Positions 20,260 to 29,865 are shown, counted from the first letter of the stretch. The stretch is DNA of 64,000 nucleotides from an uncultured delta proteobacterium (GCA_963808235.1 CAWEEQ010000004.1:2208001-2272000); one strand, 5' to 3'. Made by a program: numbers and translations. The notes: a model not told the origin generated them from the sequence alone.

Positions 20260-21258
20260 CTATCCGATCAATCTGGCGACAGTCTTCTCGAACTCAGCGG
20301 GACTGCTCGCATCGATATCGACCGGATGCAAATCGACTCCTGCCTCTTCCTGCAACTTCAGCCGCTCGACCGCGCCCTCGATTCCGCCAATATAACCCAA
20401 CTCGCCCAGCATCTTGGACGATAGCGCCGCAACACCCGCCTTGGAGCCGCCGGCGTCCCACGCTTGCTTGATTTTCTGCACATCGTCGCCAAAGCCGAAG
20501 CGCGTCAACTGCTCCGAATAGAAGGTGCCCATGCGCGCGGCGTAAAATGCGACGTTGGCGGCATGGCCCGCCGTCGCGCGATCGACGTTGGCAGTCACAG
20601 TTACATGGCCAGGCGACTTGACCGCGACCGCGCGCGGCTCGCGGCCCGCATCTTTTACGATCGCGCGGAAGTCGGCGATCGCCTTCTTGAGCGAGTTCAC
20701 CGGGATCATCACCGGCAGCCATCCGTCGGCCTTGCGCGCGGTAAACTCGACGCTCTTCTTGTTGAGCGAGGCGATCCAAATCGGGATGTGTTTGCGCGGC
20801 GTCTCGAAGCGCATCGTGAATCCGCGCTGCAGCTTGAACAGCTTGCCCTCATAGTTGAGCGGCGTGCCGGCCATGATCATGTTGATTATCTCCACGTACT
20901 CCTTCATTCGGGTCAGTGGCGGATTGAACGGGATACCGTGGAAATGCTCGATCACCTGCGGCCCGCTGGTGCCGAGCCCGATGATCATGCGGCCGTTGCT
21001 GAACTCGTCGAGCGTGCCGAAATGCTGCGCCAGCGCAGCGGGCGTGCGCGAGTAAATATTGACGATCGAGGTGGCGAGCTGAGTCTTGCGGGTATGCTCG
21101 GCGAGCAACGTCAGCAGCGTGAAGGCGTCGCGGCCCCATGCCTCGGCGACCCAGATCGAGTGGATTCCCGCCTCGTCGGCAATCTTTGCGCGTTCGATCG
21201 CCGCCTTGAAATCGAGTTTGCCTTGCCAGTTAACTCCAATCGATAAATTGCGCGCCAT
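20260..21258 (-). CDS. LLM-class flavin/F420-dependent oxidoreductase
   Basis: WVAEAWGRDA, NIYSRTPA, GRMIIGLGTSGPQVIE.FHG and ADGWLP. Confidence 0.9.
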   Translation of the reverse strand: MARNLSIGVNWQGKLDFKAAIERAKIADEAGIHSIWVAEAWGRDAFTLLTLLAEHTRKTQLATSIVNIYSRTPAALAQHFGTLDEFSNGRMIIGLGTSGPQVIEHFHGIPFNPPLTRMKEYVEIINMIMAGTPLNYEGKLFKLQRGFTMRFETPRKHIPIWIASLNKKSVEFTARKADGWLPVMIPVNSLKKAIADFRAIVKDAGREPRAVAVKSPGHVTVTANVDRATAGHAANVAFYAARMGTFYSEQLTRFGFGDDVQKIKQAWDAGGSKAGVAALSSKMLGELGYIGGIEGAVERLKLQEEAGVDLHPVDIDASSPAEFEKTVARLIG

Positions 21259-21282
21259 TTTATTTCCTCCGAATTACGTTGC

Positions 21283-21921
21283 TTACGCGAGGTCGCGAAT
21301 TCGTTCGTACCATCGGCCGACGTTGGCGAAGTCTTTGACAATCGAAAAGTTGGGCGGATTGAGTGAGAGAAAATACAGCGGATGGAAAAGCGACGCGTCC
21401 GCCATCGTGAAGCTCGCGCCCAGGAAAAAATCCTTGCCCTTAAGCTGCTCGTCGATCATGCGCAGATAACCACGCACCTGTTCACGCGCAGCCGCCGCAT
21501 GCTCGCGCATCCTGGCGGTCGTCATGCCGATAAGCTTTTCGCGATTCGCTCTCAGCTTCGGGTCGCCCACCGCGTCGAGCAAATCAGGAATCGTCAGCGA
21601 CAACATCGGCATAAAGAAAATGTTGTCGGCCCAGTTGTCGATCATCTCGATGAGTCCGCGCGCGTCGTCGGGAATCACGCGCCGCTCGGGCGCCTTGCGA
21701 TCGAGCCACCTGATAATGTCGGCGGAGTTGTAGACCACGTCGCCGTCCCACTCCAGCACCGGCACGCGGGTCCACGCTCCCTTGGTCACATCGAGCAGGT
21801 TGGTCTTGTCTTCATAGTGGCAGTCGATCGGATTCCACTTGAGATGTTTGTAGGTGAGCACTCGCCGCACCTTCTCGGAAAACGGCGAAATTGGATATTG
21901 ATAGAGATTGATTTCAGCCAT
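21283..21921 (-). CDS. Glutathione S-transferase family protein
   Basis: SPFSEKVR, RVPVL, NSADI and FTMADAS. Confidence 0.88.
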   Translation of the reverse strand: MAEINLYQYPISPFSEKVRRVLTYKHLKWNPIDCHYEDKTNLLDVTKGAWTRVPVLEWDGDVVYNSADIIRWLDRKAPERRVIPDDARGLIEMIDNWADNIFFMPMLSLTIPDLLDAVGDPKLRANREKLIGMTTARMREHAAAAREQVRGYLRMIDEQLKGKDFFLGASFTMADASLFHPLYFLSLNPPNFSIVKDFANVGRWYERIRDLA

Positions 21922-22057
21922 TTGGTTTTCTCGTGCTCTCGCGCTCAACCTAGCCGAGACGGCGGCTTTTCTACAAACCGTTCGTTCAGGGCTGAGAGGC
22001 CGCGCATTCGATTTCGCGGGGATCGGTAGTAGAATACCCGCCGGAGAGAAGCGGGAT

Positions 22058-22930
22058 ATGAACCAGAAATTTCGGGCATCGATGCTCATGATTGCGTTGC
22101 TGATCTTCGGGCTGGCTACCGCCGGGTTCGTAAAACCCGCGCTCGCCCACGACGACATGGAAGGGATGGATATGGGTTCGGGCGGCAGCGGTGGCGGCGG
22201 CAGCGATACCGGTGCGATGGGCCAGATGGGATCGCATATGAAGATGGGCGATCACATGACGATGACCGAGACGCGCGCCGCGGTGCCCGCGGATACTCAG
22301 CGCGGCGAAGAGATCATCAAGACGATGCGCGAGAAGCTCTCCAAGTACGAAGACTCCAATGTCGCGATCGCGGACGGCTACGTGCCGTACATGGAATCGG
22401 TGCCACAGGACGTTTACCACTTCGCGAATCGATCGGCGACGGCCGCTGAGTACATGGGCGATTTCGATCTGGCACGACCAGGCTCGCTGCTCTACGAAAA
22501 AAAGACTTTCGGCGGATACAAACTGGTCGGCGCGATGTACGACGCTCCTCCCAACGCCACCCCTGAGCAGCTCGACAAGCTGATCCCGCTCAGCCTCTCG
22601 CACTGGCATGCGCATACGAATATCTGTCTGCCGCGCGGAGTAACTGAAGACGACGTGATGAACGGCCGAATCGGCAACAACATGCGTCCTGATATTTCTT
22701 CCTCGGGTGAGAGAGAATTTGGCACAAGTCGTAGCGGAGGCGCGGCGGCACGCATGCGTCTCGGATATCTGGCTGATCCGCGCTTCGGCTTCACCGGAAC
22801 GATTTCAAACCAGGCGGATTGCGAGGCGGCGGGCGGGAACTTTCACAAGCAGATCTTCGGCTGGATGATCCACGTCTATCCGTTCGCGAGCGAGGACTTG
22901 AAAGTCGCGTTCAGCACCGAAGCGCCTTAG
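22058..22930 (+). CDS. Secreted hypothetical protein with a Met/His-rich N-terminus
   Basis: Signal peptide ending ALA, then HDDMEGMDM..MGSHMKMGDHMTM. Core motifs YHF, PGSLLY, LVGAMY, WHAHTNIC and GWMIHVYP. Confidence 0.7.
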   Translation: MNQKFRASMLMIALLIFGLATAGFVKPALAHDDMEGMDMGSGGSGGGGSDTGAMGQMGSHMKMGDHMTMTETRAAVPADTQRGEEIIKTMREKLSKYEDSNVAIADGYVPYMESVPQDVYHFANRSATAAEYMGDFDLARPGSLLYEKKTFGGYKLVGAMYDAPPNATPEQLDKLIPLSLSHWHAHTNICLPRGVTEDDVMNGRIGNNMRPDISSSGEREFGTSRSGGAAARMRLGYLADPRFGFTGTISNQADCEAAGGNFHKQIFGWMIHVYPFASEDLKVAFSTEAP

Positions 22931-22938
22931 CGGCGCGA

Positions 22939-23589
22939 TCAATTCTGCGCCGGTGAGGTGATCCGGTAAGCGCATCGCCGTGCGCCGGCGAGTATGTGAT
23001 CGGTGCGCTCGACCTGCGCTTTGTCGCCAAGCACCGCGCGGAAAAGCGACAGCTCTTCGCGGCACAAGCCCTGGCAGGTCGCGGCCGCCGCGCAGATCGG
23101 ACAATGATTTTCGACCAGCAGCATCGAGCCGTCCGGCATGCGGGTGCATTCGGCCATGTAGCCTTGCTCGCGGCGAATTTCAGCGAGTGCCTGCGCGCGT
23201 TTCGCAATCGAACTTCCAGCCGGCCGCAGCCGCGCCCGATATTCGTCCTTCTGCCGGCGCGTCCGCTCCGCGAGCAACTTGTCCATCCCGGCTTCGCCGA
23301 ACGCGGCACGCACCGCGGCTATCATCTCGACTGTCAGATCGCCGTGCGTATCGGGAAAGCGCCCCGCCGCGGCTTTGGTCAATCTCCAGACTCGAGCCGG
23401 GCGCCCGACTTTGCGGCGCTCGTCGCTGAAATCGACCAGGCCGGCGCCTTTCAGTCTATAAAGATGCTGTCGCACCGCCATCGGGGTGACGCTCAGCCTG
23501 CGCGCGATTTGCGCGGCAGGCAGCGGCCCGCGAGTTTTGAGCTGATAGAGTACCCCTTCCTCCGCCCGTGAATCCTGCTTCATCATCAC
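22939..23589 (-). CDS. SufR-like HTH transcriptional regulator with Cys-containing sensor domain
   Basis: HTH AVRQHLYRL, GRPARVW.LT, FPDTH, GYMA, ENHCPICAAA..C..LC and RC.Y.I. Exact start uncertain. Confidence 0.85.
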   Translation of the reverse strand: MMMKQDSRAEEGVLYQLKTRGPLPAAQIARRLSVTPMAVRQHLYRLKGAGLVDFSDERRKVGRPARVWRLTKAAAGRFPDTHGDLTVEMIAAVRAAFGEAGMDKLLAERTRRQKDEYRARLRPAGSSIAKRAQALAEIRREQGYMAECTRMPDGSMLLVENHCPICAAAATCQGLCREELSLFRAVLGDKAQVERTDHILAGARRCAYRITSPAQN

Positions 23590-23612
23590 GAGCGTAACGA
23601 ACCCTGAACATT

Positions 23613-23656
23613 AGTCAAGTGGGAGCTTGACTTAGTATGTAAAGCGAGTACTTTAC
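23613..23656. promoter_or_regulatory. Twin palindromic operators GT(C/A)AAG-N6-CTT(G/T)AC overlapping a putative promoter
   Basis: AGTCAAG-N6-CTTGACT (23613-23632) and GTAAAG-N6-CTTTAC (23639-23656). TTGACT-N16-TACTTT points toward the Rieske gene. Confidence 0.7.
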
Positions 23657-23681
23657 CAATTGTCGGACCACGGAGGACATC

Positions 23682-25448
23682 ATGATGTCAGAATTGGATT
23701 CCGCCACAGAGACTCAGTCCCGTTTTGTCCGCGCCGGATCGCTCGCTCAACTCCCCGAAGGAAAGAGCATGACGGTCACTCTCGAAGGCCACGTGATCGC
23801 TCTCTTCCACACTCCGGAGGGAATCTTCGCGGTGGACAATCGATGTCCTCACATGGGCTTTCCGCTTGATCGCGGCACCGTGAAAGATTGCATCCTGACC
23901 TGCCACTGGCATCACGCGCGCTTCGACCTGCACAGCGGCGGCGCATTCGATCCGTGGGCAGACGACGTGCGGGCGTTCCCGGTGAAGATCGAAGGTGGCA
24001 ACATCTGGATCGATCTTGCGGCGCACGGCGATCTGCGCCGCCATCGAATCGAACGGCTGCGCGACGGCATCGAACGCAACCTCCCGCTCGTGATCGGCAA
24101 GTCAGTGATCGCTCTTCTGGACGACGGCGGCGACGCGCGTGAGTCGTTTCGAATCGGACTCGAATTCGGCACCCGCTATCGGCGTGACGGTTGGGGCGTC
24201 GGTCTCACAATTCTCACCTGCATGATGAATATCCTCGGAAGCTTGAGTCCCGATGATCGTGCGCGGGCGATGTTCCACGGGCTGAGCGCGGTTGCCAACG
24301 ACTCCGACGGCCATCCGCCGCGCTTCGCGATGCGTCCACTGCCGGGCGGCGGCGCGAGCGTCGCGGAAATCAAGCGATGGTTGCGCAGGTTCGTCGAGGT
24401 TCGCGACACCGAGGGCGCCGAGCGATGCATCGTCTCCGCGGTGCGCACCGGTGCGGCATCGAGCGAAGTTGCGGACATGATGTTTGCGGCAGCGACCGAC
24501 CATCGCTATCTCGACGGCGGCCACACGCTCGACTTCACCAACAAAGCGTTCGAAGCGCTCGATCGCGCGGGATGGGAGCTCGCGGAACCGGTCCTCGCAA
24601 GCCTCGCGCGCGGCTACGCGACTGGCGATCGCATGGAAGAAGCCAACTCATGGCGCAATCCGATCGATCTGGTTGCGATCCTCGAGCCCGCCTTCGAAAG
24701 GATTCCAGCCGCTCTTGAAGCGGGTCACCGCGCGAAGCTTGCATGGTCCGATCGCGAGGTACTGGTTCAAACGATTCTCGGCGATGATCCGAACGCGATC
24801 ATTGATGCGATGCTTACCGCTCTCCGCGAAGGCTCTCCGCCATCGGAGCTCGCGGGCGCGGTTGCGTATGCGGCGGCGCTCCGACTCGCGCGCTTTCCAA
24901 TCAGCAACGAGTTTGGCGATTGGGATACGGCCCATCACAGCTTCACGTTTGCCAACGCCGTCCATCAGGCGGTGCGCCGGGTCGCGTCGGTGGAACTGAT
25001 CCGAGGAGTCTTCGACGCCGCGATGACGGTCTATCTCGATCGATTTCTCAACGTGCCCGCCACGAAACTTCCCGAGCCGAACGGTGCGGGCAGGACTGCC
25101 GTACAACAACTGGCCCGGTTGCCGGACTTGCTCGACCGCCAGCAGCAGGTGAACGAGGCGGGCGCGCTGGTCGCGGACTATCTTGGCGGGGGCAACGATC
25201 CGAACGCGCTGCTCGCCACGCTCGGCAACACTTTGCTGCGCGAGGATCGCGACTTCCATACCATCCAGGATATCGAAGCCGCGTTCCGGCAGTACTCGAT
25301 TCTCAAGGGAACCGACGCGGGGCGCCACGTGCTGATCGCGACCACTCGTTACCTTGCCGCGCACGCTCCGACGGTGCGCGCACAAGCGCAGACATATCAG
25401 ATTGCGCTCCGGCTGAATCGTGGCGAGCATGTTTTTGACGAACAGTGA
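23682..25448 (+). CDS. Rieske [2Fe-2S] domain fused to a large helical His-containing domain
   Basis: NRCPHMG and LTCHWHHARFD, followed by about 470 aa containing GHTLDFTNKA, HHSFTFANA and DFHTIQDIEA. RBS GGAGG. Confidence 0.85.
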   Translation: MMSELDSATETQSRFVRAGSLAQLPEGKSMTVTLEGHVIALFHTPEGIFAVDNRCPHMGFPLDRGTVKDCILTCHWHHARFDLHSGGAFDPWADDVRAFPVKIEGGNIWIDLAAHGDLRRHRIERLRDGIERNLPLVIGKSVIALLDDGGDARESFRIGLEFGTRYRRDGWGVGLTILTCMMNILGSLSPDDRARAMFHGLSAVANDSDGHPPRFAMRPLPGGGASVAEIKRWLRRFVEVRDTEGAERCIVSAVRTGAASSEVADMMFAAATDHRYLDGGHTLDFTNKAFEALDRAGWELAEPVLASLARGYATGDRMEEANSWRNPIDLVAILEPAFERIPAALEAGHRAKLAWSDREVLVQTILGDDPNAIIDAMLTALREGSPPSELAGAVAYAAALRLARFPISNEFGDWDTAHHSFTFANAVHQAVRRVASVELIRGVFDAAMTVYLDRFLNVPATKLPEPNGAGRTAVQQLARLPDLLDRQQQVNEAGALVADYLGGGNDPNALLATLGNTLLREDRDFHTIQDIEAAFRQYSILKGTDAGRHVLIATTRYLAAHAPTVRAQAQTYQIALRLNRGEHVFDEQ

Positions 25449-25472
25449 TGCCCAAATCCTCGAGGTGCGGAA

Positions 25473-26534
25473 ATGAAGCCGGCAGATTACTCAGCGCTCG
25501 ATGAAGCGCTAGAAATTATGGCGCCGATGGGACCCGAGCTGAGCAACGGCTTCTCTAATCACGCTCCGATGGCAATCGAAGCTATGTGCGCGATGGGACG
25601 ACGGGACGCCGTGATGCCGTGGTTCGAGCGCTACCGCCGCGGGCTCGTGCCGCGGCCCGCCCGAGTGGCACGCCTCACCGAGGACAATTGGCGCGAAGCC
25701 CTCGGCAACGTCCGCCGCGCAGAGGATTGGTTCGAGTTCTTTCGCAACGAGCTCGAAGACCGCCCATGGCATGAAGTCCTCGACAATTGGGCCGCACGGC
25801 TCGCGCCGGGAATCATGTCGGCCGCGACGCACGGCGTGATTCGCAGCGGGCATGCGACTCGTGCGATGGTGATCGAAGATACTCCCGCGCGTCGTCGCGA
25901 ACTTGCCGACGGACTCGCGTATTGGGCTGCGGATTATCTTCCGCTTCCCGCCGACCGTCATGCGCCAGCTCGCGCGATGCCCTCGCAAGCAATCGCGCGG
26001 GTGCGGATGATTCCGCCCGAAACTCGCGGCGGCAACTTCGGCGCGTTTACCGACGCTCTCGCACAACTCGATGCCTTCGAGCCGTTCAAGCAGACGCTGG
26101 ACGCGGTCGATACTTCCGGCGACGCGTCGGCATTCGTTTCCGATCTGACGGCCACTTTCGCGCGCGTCTTCTTCGCCAACGCTCGCAACGTCTATACGAC
26201 GATCGCTTTCGTTCATGCTGTGACGGGACCGTCCTCGATTCGCCCGATGCTCCCCTACCTAAGGAAAGAGACCGCGCACGCTGCGCTCGCGTACGCATGG
26301 CAAGCCGCCGCCGCGATGTACGCGACCTTTGGCACCAGCGCGGATCTGTCGCGCCTGGCGGAGGCAAAAGTTAGCGATGCCGACGAACTCATGGAGCGTG
26401 CGATCGCTTGCGGCGACGAGCACGCGATTAAGTTCACCGAGGTTTGTATCCGCGAGTATGCGCTGAATCCGGATCCGACGTTTTTCTCGGCCGCAGAGCA
26501 TGCCATCGACATGCTGAGGCGTGGCGGAGGCTGA
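25473..26534 (+). CDS. Questin oxidase-like (DUF4243) protein
   Basis: SNHAPMA, ATHGVIR.GHA, ELADGLAYWA, VHAVT and DEHAIKF. Confidence 0.8.
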   Translation: MKPADYSALDEALEIMAPMGPELSNGFSNHAPMAIEAMCAMGRRDAVMPWFERYRRGLVPRPARVARLTEDNWREALGNVRRAEDWFEFFRNELEDRPWHEVLDNWAARLAPGIMSAATHGVIRSGHATRAMVIEDTPARRRELADGLAYWAADYLPLPADRHAPARAMPSQAIARVRMIPPETRGGNFGAFTDALAQLDAFEPFKQTLDAVDTSGDASAFVSDLTATFARVFFANARNVYTTIAFVHAVTGPSSIRPMLPYLRKETAHAALAYAWQAAAAMYATFGTSADLSRLAEAKVSDADELMERAIACGDEHAIKFTEVCIREYALNPDPTFFSAAEHAIDMLRRGGG

Positions 26535-26537
26535 CGT

Positions 26538-27218
26538 TTACTTGGTGCCCGAGTACACGGCGAACATCAGGTTCTTGTACGCGCAGACGATTTCGCGGAA
26601 GCCCGCCGCGGCGAGCCACTCGAGCTGATCTTCGAGCGTCGCCGCACGATCGAACTTCATCCGCTCGATCGCAGACGCAAGATCGCGCTCGCTCACGCCC
26701 AATTCACGCACCCGCGTCAGCCATCGCTCGTGATTGAACCGATCGAGTTCCGCAGTCGCGCCGCGAAACTGCTCCGCGTTGACGAACACGCCACCGTCTT
26801 TCAGCGCGCCATGAATTTGACCGAACAGGTCCCGCTTTTGGTCGTCGCTCAAGTGATGAATCGACAACGCCGACACGACCGCGTCATACTTGTTGTTGAT
26901 TCGGGCCGTGCCGTAGTCGCTGACCTCAAACTGAAACCGCTCACCGCCGAGCTCGAAGCGCTCGCGCGCCCGATCGAGCATCTCGTTCGATATATCGACC
27001 ATCGTGATGCGCGCCCGCGGAAAGCTGTAAGCGACAAACGCCGCGAGCAGGCCGGTGCCCGCGCCGAGATCGAGAACTTCTATCTCGCTGTCGCGCGGAA
27101 ACCGGAGCAGATCGATCGCCGCGCGGTAAAAATCGTCGAACCCGGGCACCAGGCGGCGTCGCGTGCGGTCGTAATCCTCCGCCGCCAAATCGAACGCGCG
27201 CTGTACCGTATTTCCCAT
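26538..27218 (-). CDS. Class I SAM-dependent methyltransferase
   Basis: YD..RRRLVPGFDDFY, VLDLGAGTG, VVSALSIHH and GGVFVNAE. Confidence 0.9.
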   Translation of the reverse strand: MGNTVQRAFDLAAEDYDRTRRRLVPGFDDFYRAAIDLLRFPRDSEIEVLDLGAGTGLLAAFVAYSFPRARITMVDISNEMLDRARERFELGGERFQFEVSDYGTARINNKYDAVVSALSIHHLSDDQKRDLFGQIHGALKDGGVFVNAEQFRGATAELDRFNHERWLTRVRELGVSERDLASAIERMKFDRAATLEDQLEWLAAAGFREIVCAYKNLMFAVYSGTK

Positions 27219-27409
27219 CCGAAGATTGTGCTGATGCGCGCATCGTGAATCAACCTTTTTCACGCGCGGCGAGAGCGTTTTGCGATGCAATTAACGATCG
27301 GTAACGTTGTAAACTCAAGCTTCGTCTAGTAAATAGAAACTCGAACAGAATCGTAATTCCCGGTCAGGATTTCGCGACGCCAAGCGAAGCCAATCGAGGT
27401 TCAAAAGCG

Positions 27410-28507
27410 ATGCAAAAGCCAATTATCTCCGCCGACTCTCATATCACCGAACCGCCCGGCACCTACGTGGACCGGATCGACGCCAAGTACAAAGACACTG
27501 CGCCGCACATGATTCACGACGAGAAGCTCGGCGATGTTTTTCTGGTTAAGGATTTCCCGCGCCCGATTAACGTCGCGTTGGCGGCCGCGGCCGGCAAGGA
27601 CGCCAGCGAGCTCAGGACTATCGGTGCAAAGTTCGACGACATGCATCGCGGCGGATGGGATCCGAACGCGCGCATGGCGGACCAGGATCGCGACGGCGTC
27701 GCCGCCGAGATCATCTACCCAACGGTCGGGATGATCCTCTGCAACCATCGTGACTTCGATTACAAGAAGGCCTGTTTCGACGCCTACAACCTGTGGATTG
27801 GCGAGTACTGCGCCGCGCATCCCGAACGACTTATCGGCTGCGGACAGACGGCGATGCGCTCGGTCGAAGAAGGTATCGAGGATTTGCGCAAGATGAAGGC
27901 GCTCGGGCTGAAGGGCGTCATGATGCCGGGAAATCCGAAGCTCGAGGACTACGACAACACTATCTACGATCCTTTTTACGAGGCGGCGGTAGATTTGGAA
28001 ATGCCGCTCAGCTTTCACATCCTGACCAGCAGCACCGATAACTTTCAGACTCGCGGCCCCAAGCTGAACAGCTTTCTGTCGATCATCCGCGGATGCCAGG
28101 ACATCATCGGCACCTTCGTGCTCGGCGGAGTTTTCGAGCGGCATCCCAAGCTGAAACTGGTATGCGTCGAAGCCGACGCCGGCTGGGTACCGCACTATAT
28201 GTACCGGATGGATCATGCTTACGATCGGCATCGGTACTGGCTAACGGCTGGTACGCTTTCAAAGATGCCAAGTGAGTATTTCCGCGAGAACGTATACACT
28301 ACCTTCCAGGACGACTACGTAGCATTCAAGGTTAAAGATCTTTGCAATATCCATCGCTTGATGTGGGCGAACGACTTTCCGCATAGCGACTCGACCTGGC
28401 CGTGGTCGCAGGAAATTCTGAGCAAGCAGACCGCGGGGATGACGCAAGACGAGAAGAATTTCGTCCTGCACGACAACGTCGCGGAGCTCTATCATCTGAG
28501 CATCTAG
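27410..28507 (+). CDS. Amidohydrolase family protein (Amidohydro_2)
   Basis: ISADSHITEP, SFHI, GVFERHPKL..VE..AGW and WANDFPH. Confidence 0.92.
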   Translation: MQKPIISADSHITEPPGTYVDRIDAKYKDTAPHMIHDEKLGDVFLVKDFPRPINVALAAAAGKDASELRTIGAKFDDMHRGGWDPNARMADQDRDGVAAEIIYPTVGMILCNHRDFDYKKACFDAYNLWIGEYCAAHPERLIGCGQTAMRSVEEGIEDLRKMKALGLKGVMMPGNPKLEDYDNTIYDPFYEAAVDLEMPLSFHILTSSTDNFQTRGPKLNSFLSIIRGCQDIIGTFVLGGVFERHPKLKLVCVEADAGWVPHYMYRMDHAYDRHRYWLTAGTLSKMPSEYFRENVYTTFQDDYVAFKVKDLCNIHRLMWANDFPHSDSTWPWSQEILSKQTAGMTQDEKNFVLHDNVAELYHLSI

Positions 28508-28520
28508 CACTTTGTTCCCG

Positions 28521-28570
28521 GCGCCGGCGCAGTTACACTTGGCTTAGTGTTTCGCGCCGGCGCTTTTTTT
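28521..28570 (+). terminator. Rho-independent terminator
   Basis: Outer stem GCGCCGGCGC..GCGCCGGCGC, inner stem ACACT/AGTGT, then T7. Confidence 0.7.
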
Positions 28571-28592
28571 ATTCCATCAAGCGAGGGAAAGC

Positions 28593-29030
28593 ATGAAAGC
28601 CAACGCGCCCAAGTGGATCGTCGCCCTACTCTGGATAATTGCGGCGATGGATATCGTCAACGGCATCGAGATGTTTTTCTTTCCATCCGCGTGGTTCTTC
28701 CGGCTGGTCCCGGGAGTCACCGAGACCGGACCGTTCAACGAGCACCTGGTCATGGATGGCGGCACATTTTTTCTGGCGGTCGGAGTCGGATTGGTGATAG
28801 CCGCGTTGAATCCGCGTGGGAACGCGATCGCAGTCGTGGTCGCCGCCGTCGCGGGCGTCATGCATTCGATCCTTCACTTGTACTCACACGCCGTCGGCAT
28901 ACTATCGCCGAAGCATATGGTGACCGAGATACTTGGTATCTACATTCCGGCGCTGGTTCTAATTGCTATTGCCATCAATCTCTATAGTCAGCCGTACCAG
29001 GCGCGCGCGATTCCGGCGCGAGCCGCGTAA
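28593..29030 (+). CDS. Small multi-pass membrane protein
   Basis: About four hydrophobic segments, GPFNEH..D.G and HSILHLYSH; 16 bp upstream of the AhpD-like gene. Confidence 0.7.
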   Translation: MKANAPKWIVALLWIIAAMDIVNGIEMFFFPSAWFFRLVPGVTETGPFNEHLVMDGGTFFLAVGVGLVIAALNPRGNAIAVVVAAVAGVMHSILHLYSHAVGILSPKHMVTEILGIYIPALVLIAIAINLYSQPYQARAIPARAA

Positions 29031-29046
29031 TTGGAGAAGTTGAACA

Positions 29047-29622
29047 ATGCGTATCGAAGGACTCGAAGAGAAGCAATTCAGTTGGATTCTGAAGCCGATG
29101 ACCTGGATGATGAAGCGACGAGTCGGCAAAGTGCTGAATCCGTACAAAGCGTGGGCCTATCGTCCGGGGATTACGTTCGCGATGTCGATCTTCATGCAGT
29201 CAGTCGAAGGCTCCAAGGTAACTAGCCCTACGTTGAAACGGCTGGTCTGTTTGCGCGCTGCGCAAATGGTCGGCTGCGTCTTCTGAATAGATATCAATGC
29301 TGCCGGAGGCAGCGCTTTGAAAATAAGCGACGATAAGCTGGCCGCAATCGCGGACTACGAAGAGAATCCGCTGTTCACGCCGGCCGAACGCGCCGCGCTC
29401 CGCTATACCGAGGAGATGACGCTCAGTTCGGTCGACGTGCCCGACCAGGTATTCGAAGAATTGCGGCGCCACTTCAACACCGAGGAAATCGTCGATCTCA
29501 CCGCGACTATTGCGCTCGAGAATATGCGCGCGCGATTCAATCGAGCGTTGCAGGTCGAAAGCGATGAGATATGCCGCCTGCCCGCGCATCATCCGGCGCT
29601 CGCCGCGACGCCTCGGAACTGA
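29047..29622 (+). CDS. AhpD/carboxymuconolactone decarboxylase-like protein, probable selenoprotein (C-V-F-U), 191 aa
   Basis: ORFs 29047-29286 and 29317-29622 are in the same frame and separated only by TGA 29284-29286, at the second Cys of the family CxxC. A hairpin follows. Confidence 0.8.
29294..29320 (+). promoter_or_regulatory. Putative bacterial SECIS element
   Basis: GCTGCC-GGA-GGCAGC stem-loop separated from the UGA by 12 nt, extended by TCAA/TTGA pairing, with G in the apical loop. Confidence 0.6.
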
Positions 29623-29692
29623 ACGCCGCGGCGCTGCGGTCGCGATTGCGCGCGCGACTCCCCGCTACTGACCAGAGATGCACTTTCGGTCC

Positions 29693-29730
29693 AGAGTCGT
29701 GATTTTATCGAGAGTCGCGATTTTATCGAG
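29693..29730 (+). repeat. 18-bp tandem duplication in the intergenic region
   Basis: AGAGTCGTGATTTTATCG followed by AGAGTCGCGATTTTATCG. Confidence 0.8.
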
Positions 29731-29865
29731 TCGCGTGGGCCTGATAATATCCTCACCGTCGATTTGCCGACAGAGGCGGCCATGCGGCTATGCCATTGAT
29801 TCTGCCGTGACTTGATCCTGATACCGTAACCTTGGCCTTGGCGGCCCGTTTTCGAGATCGCGGAG

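Noticed and set aside
29317-29622. Separate 101-aa gene starting at TTG
   Set aside because: Better explained as the C-terminal part of the UGA read-through AhpD-like protein.
29693-29735. CRISPR array or iterons
   Set aside because: Only two adjacent 18-bp copies with no spacers. No cas or rep genes occur anywhere in the window.
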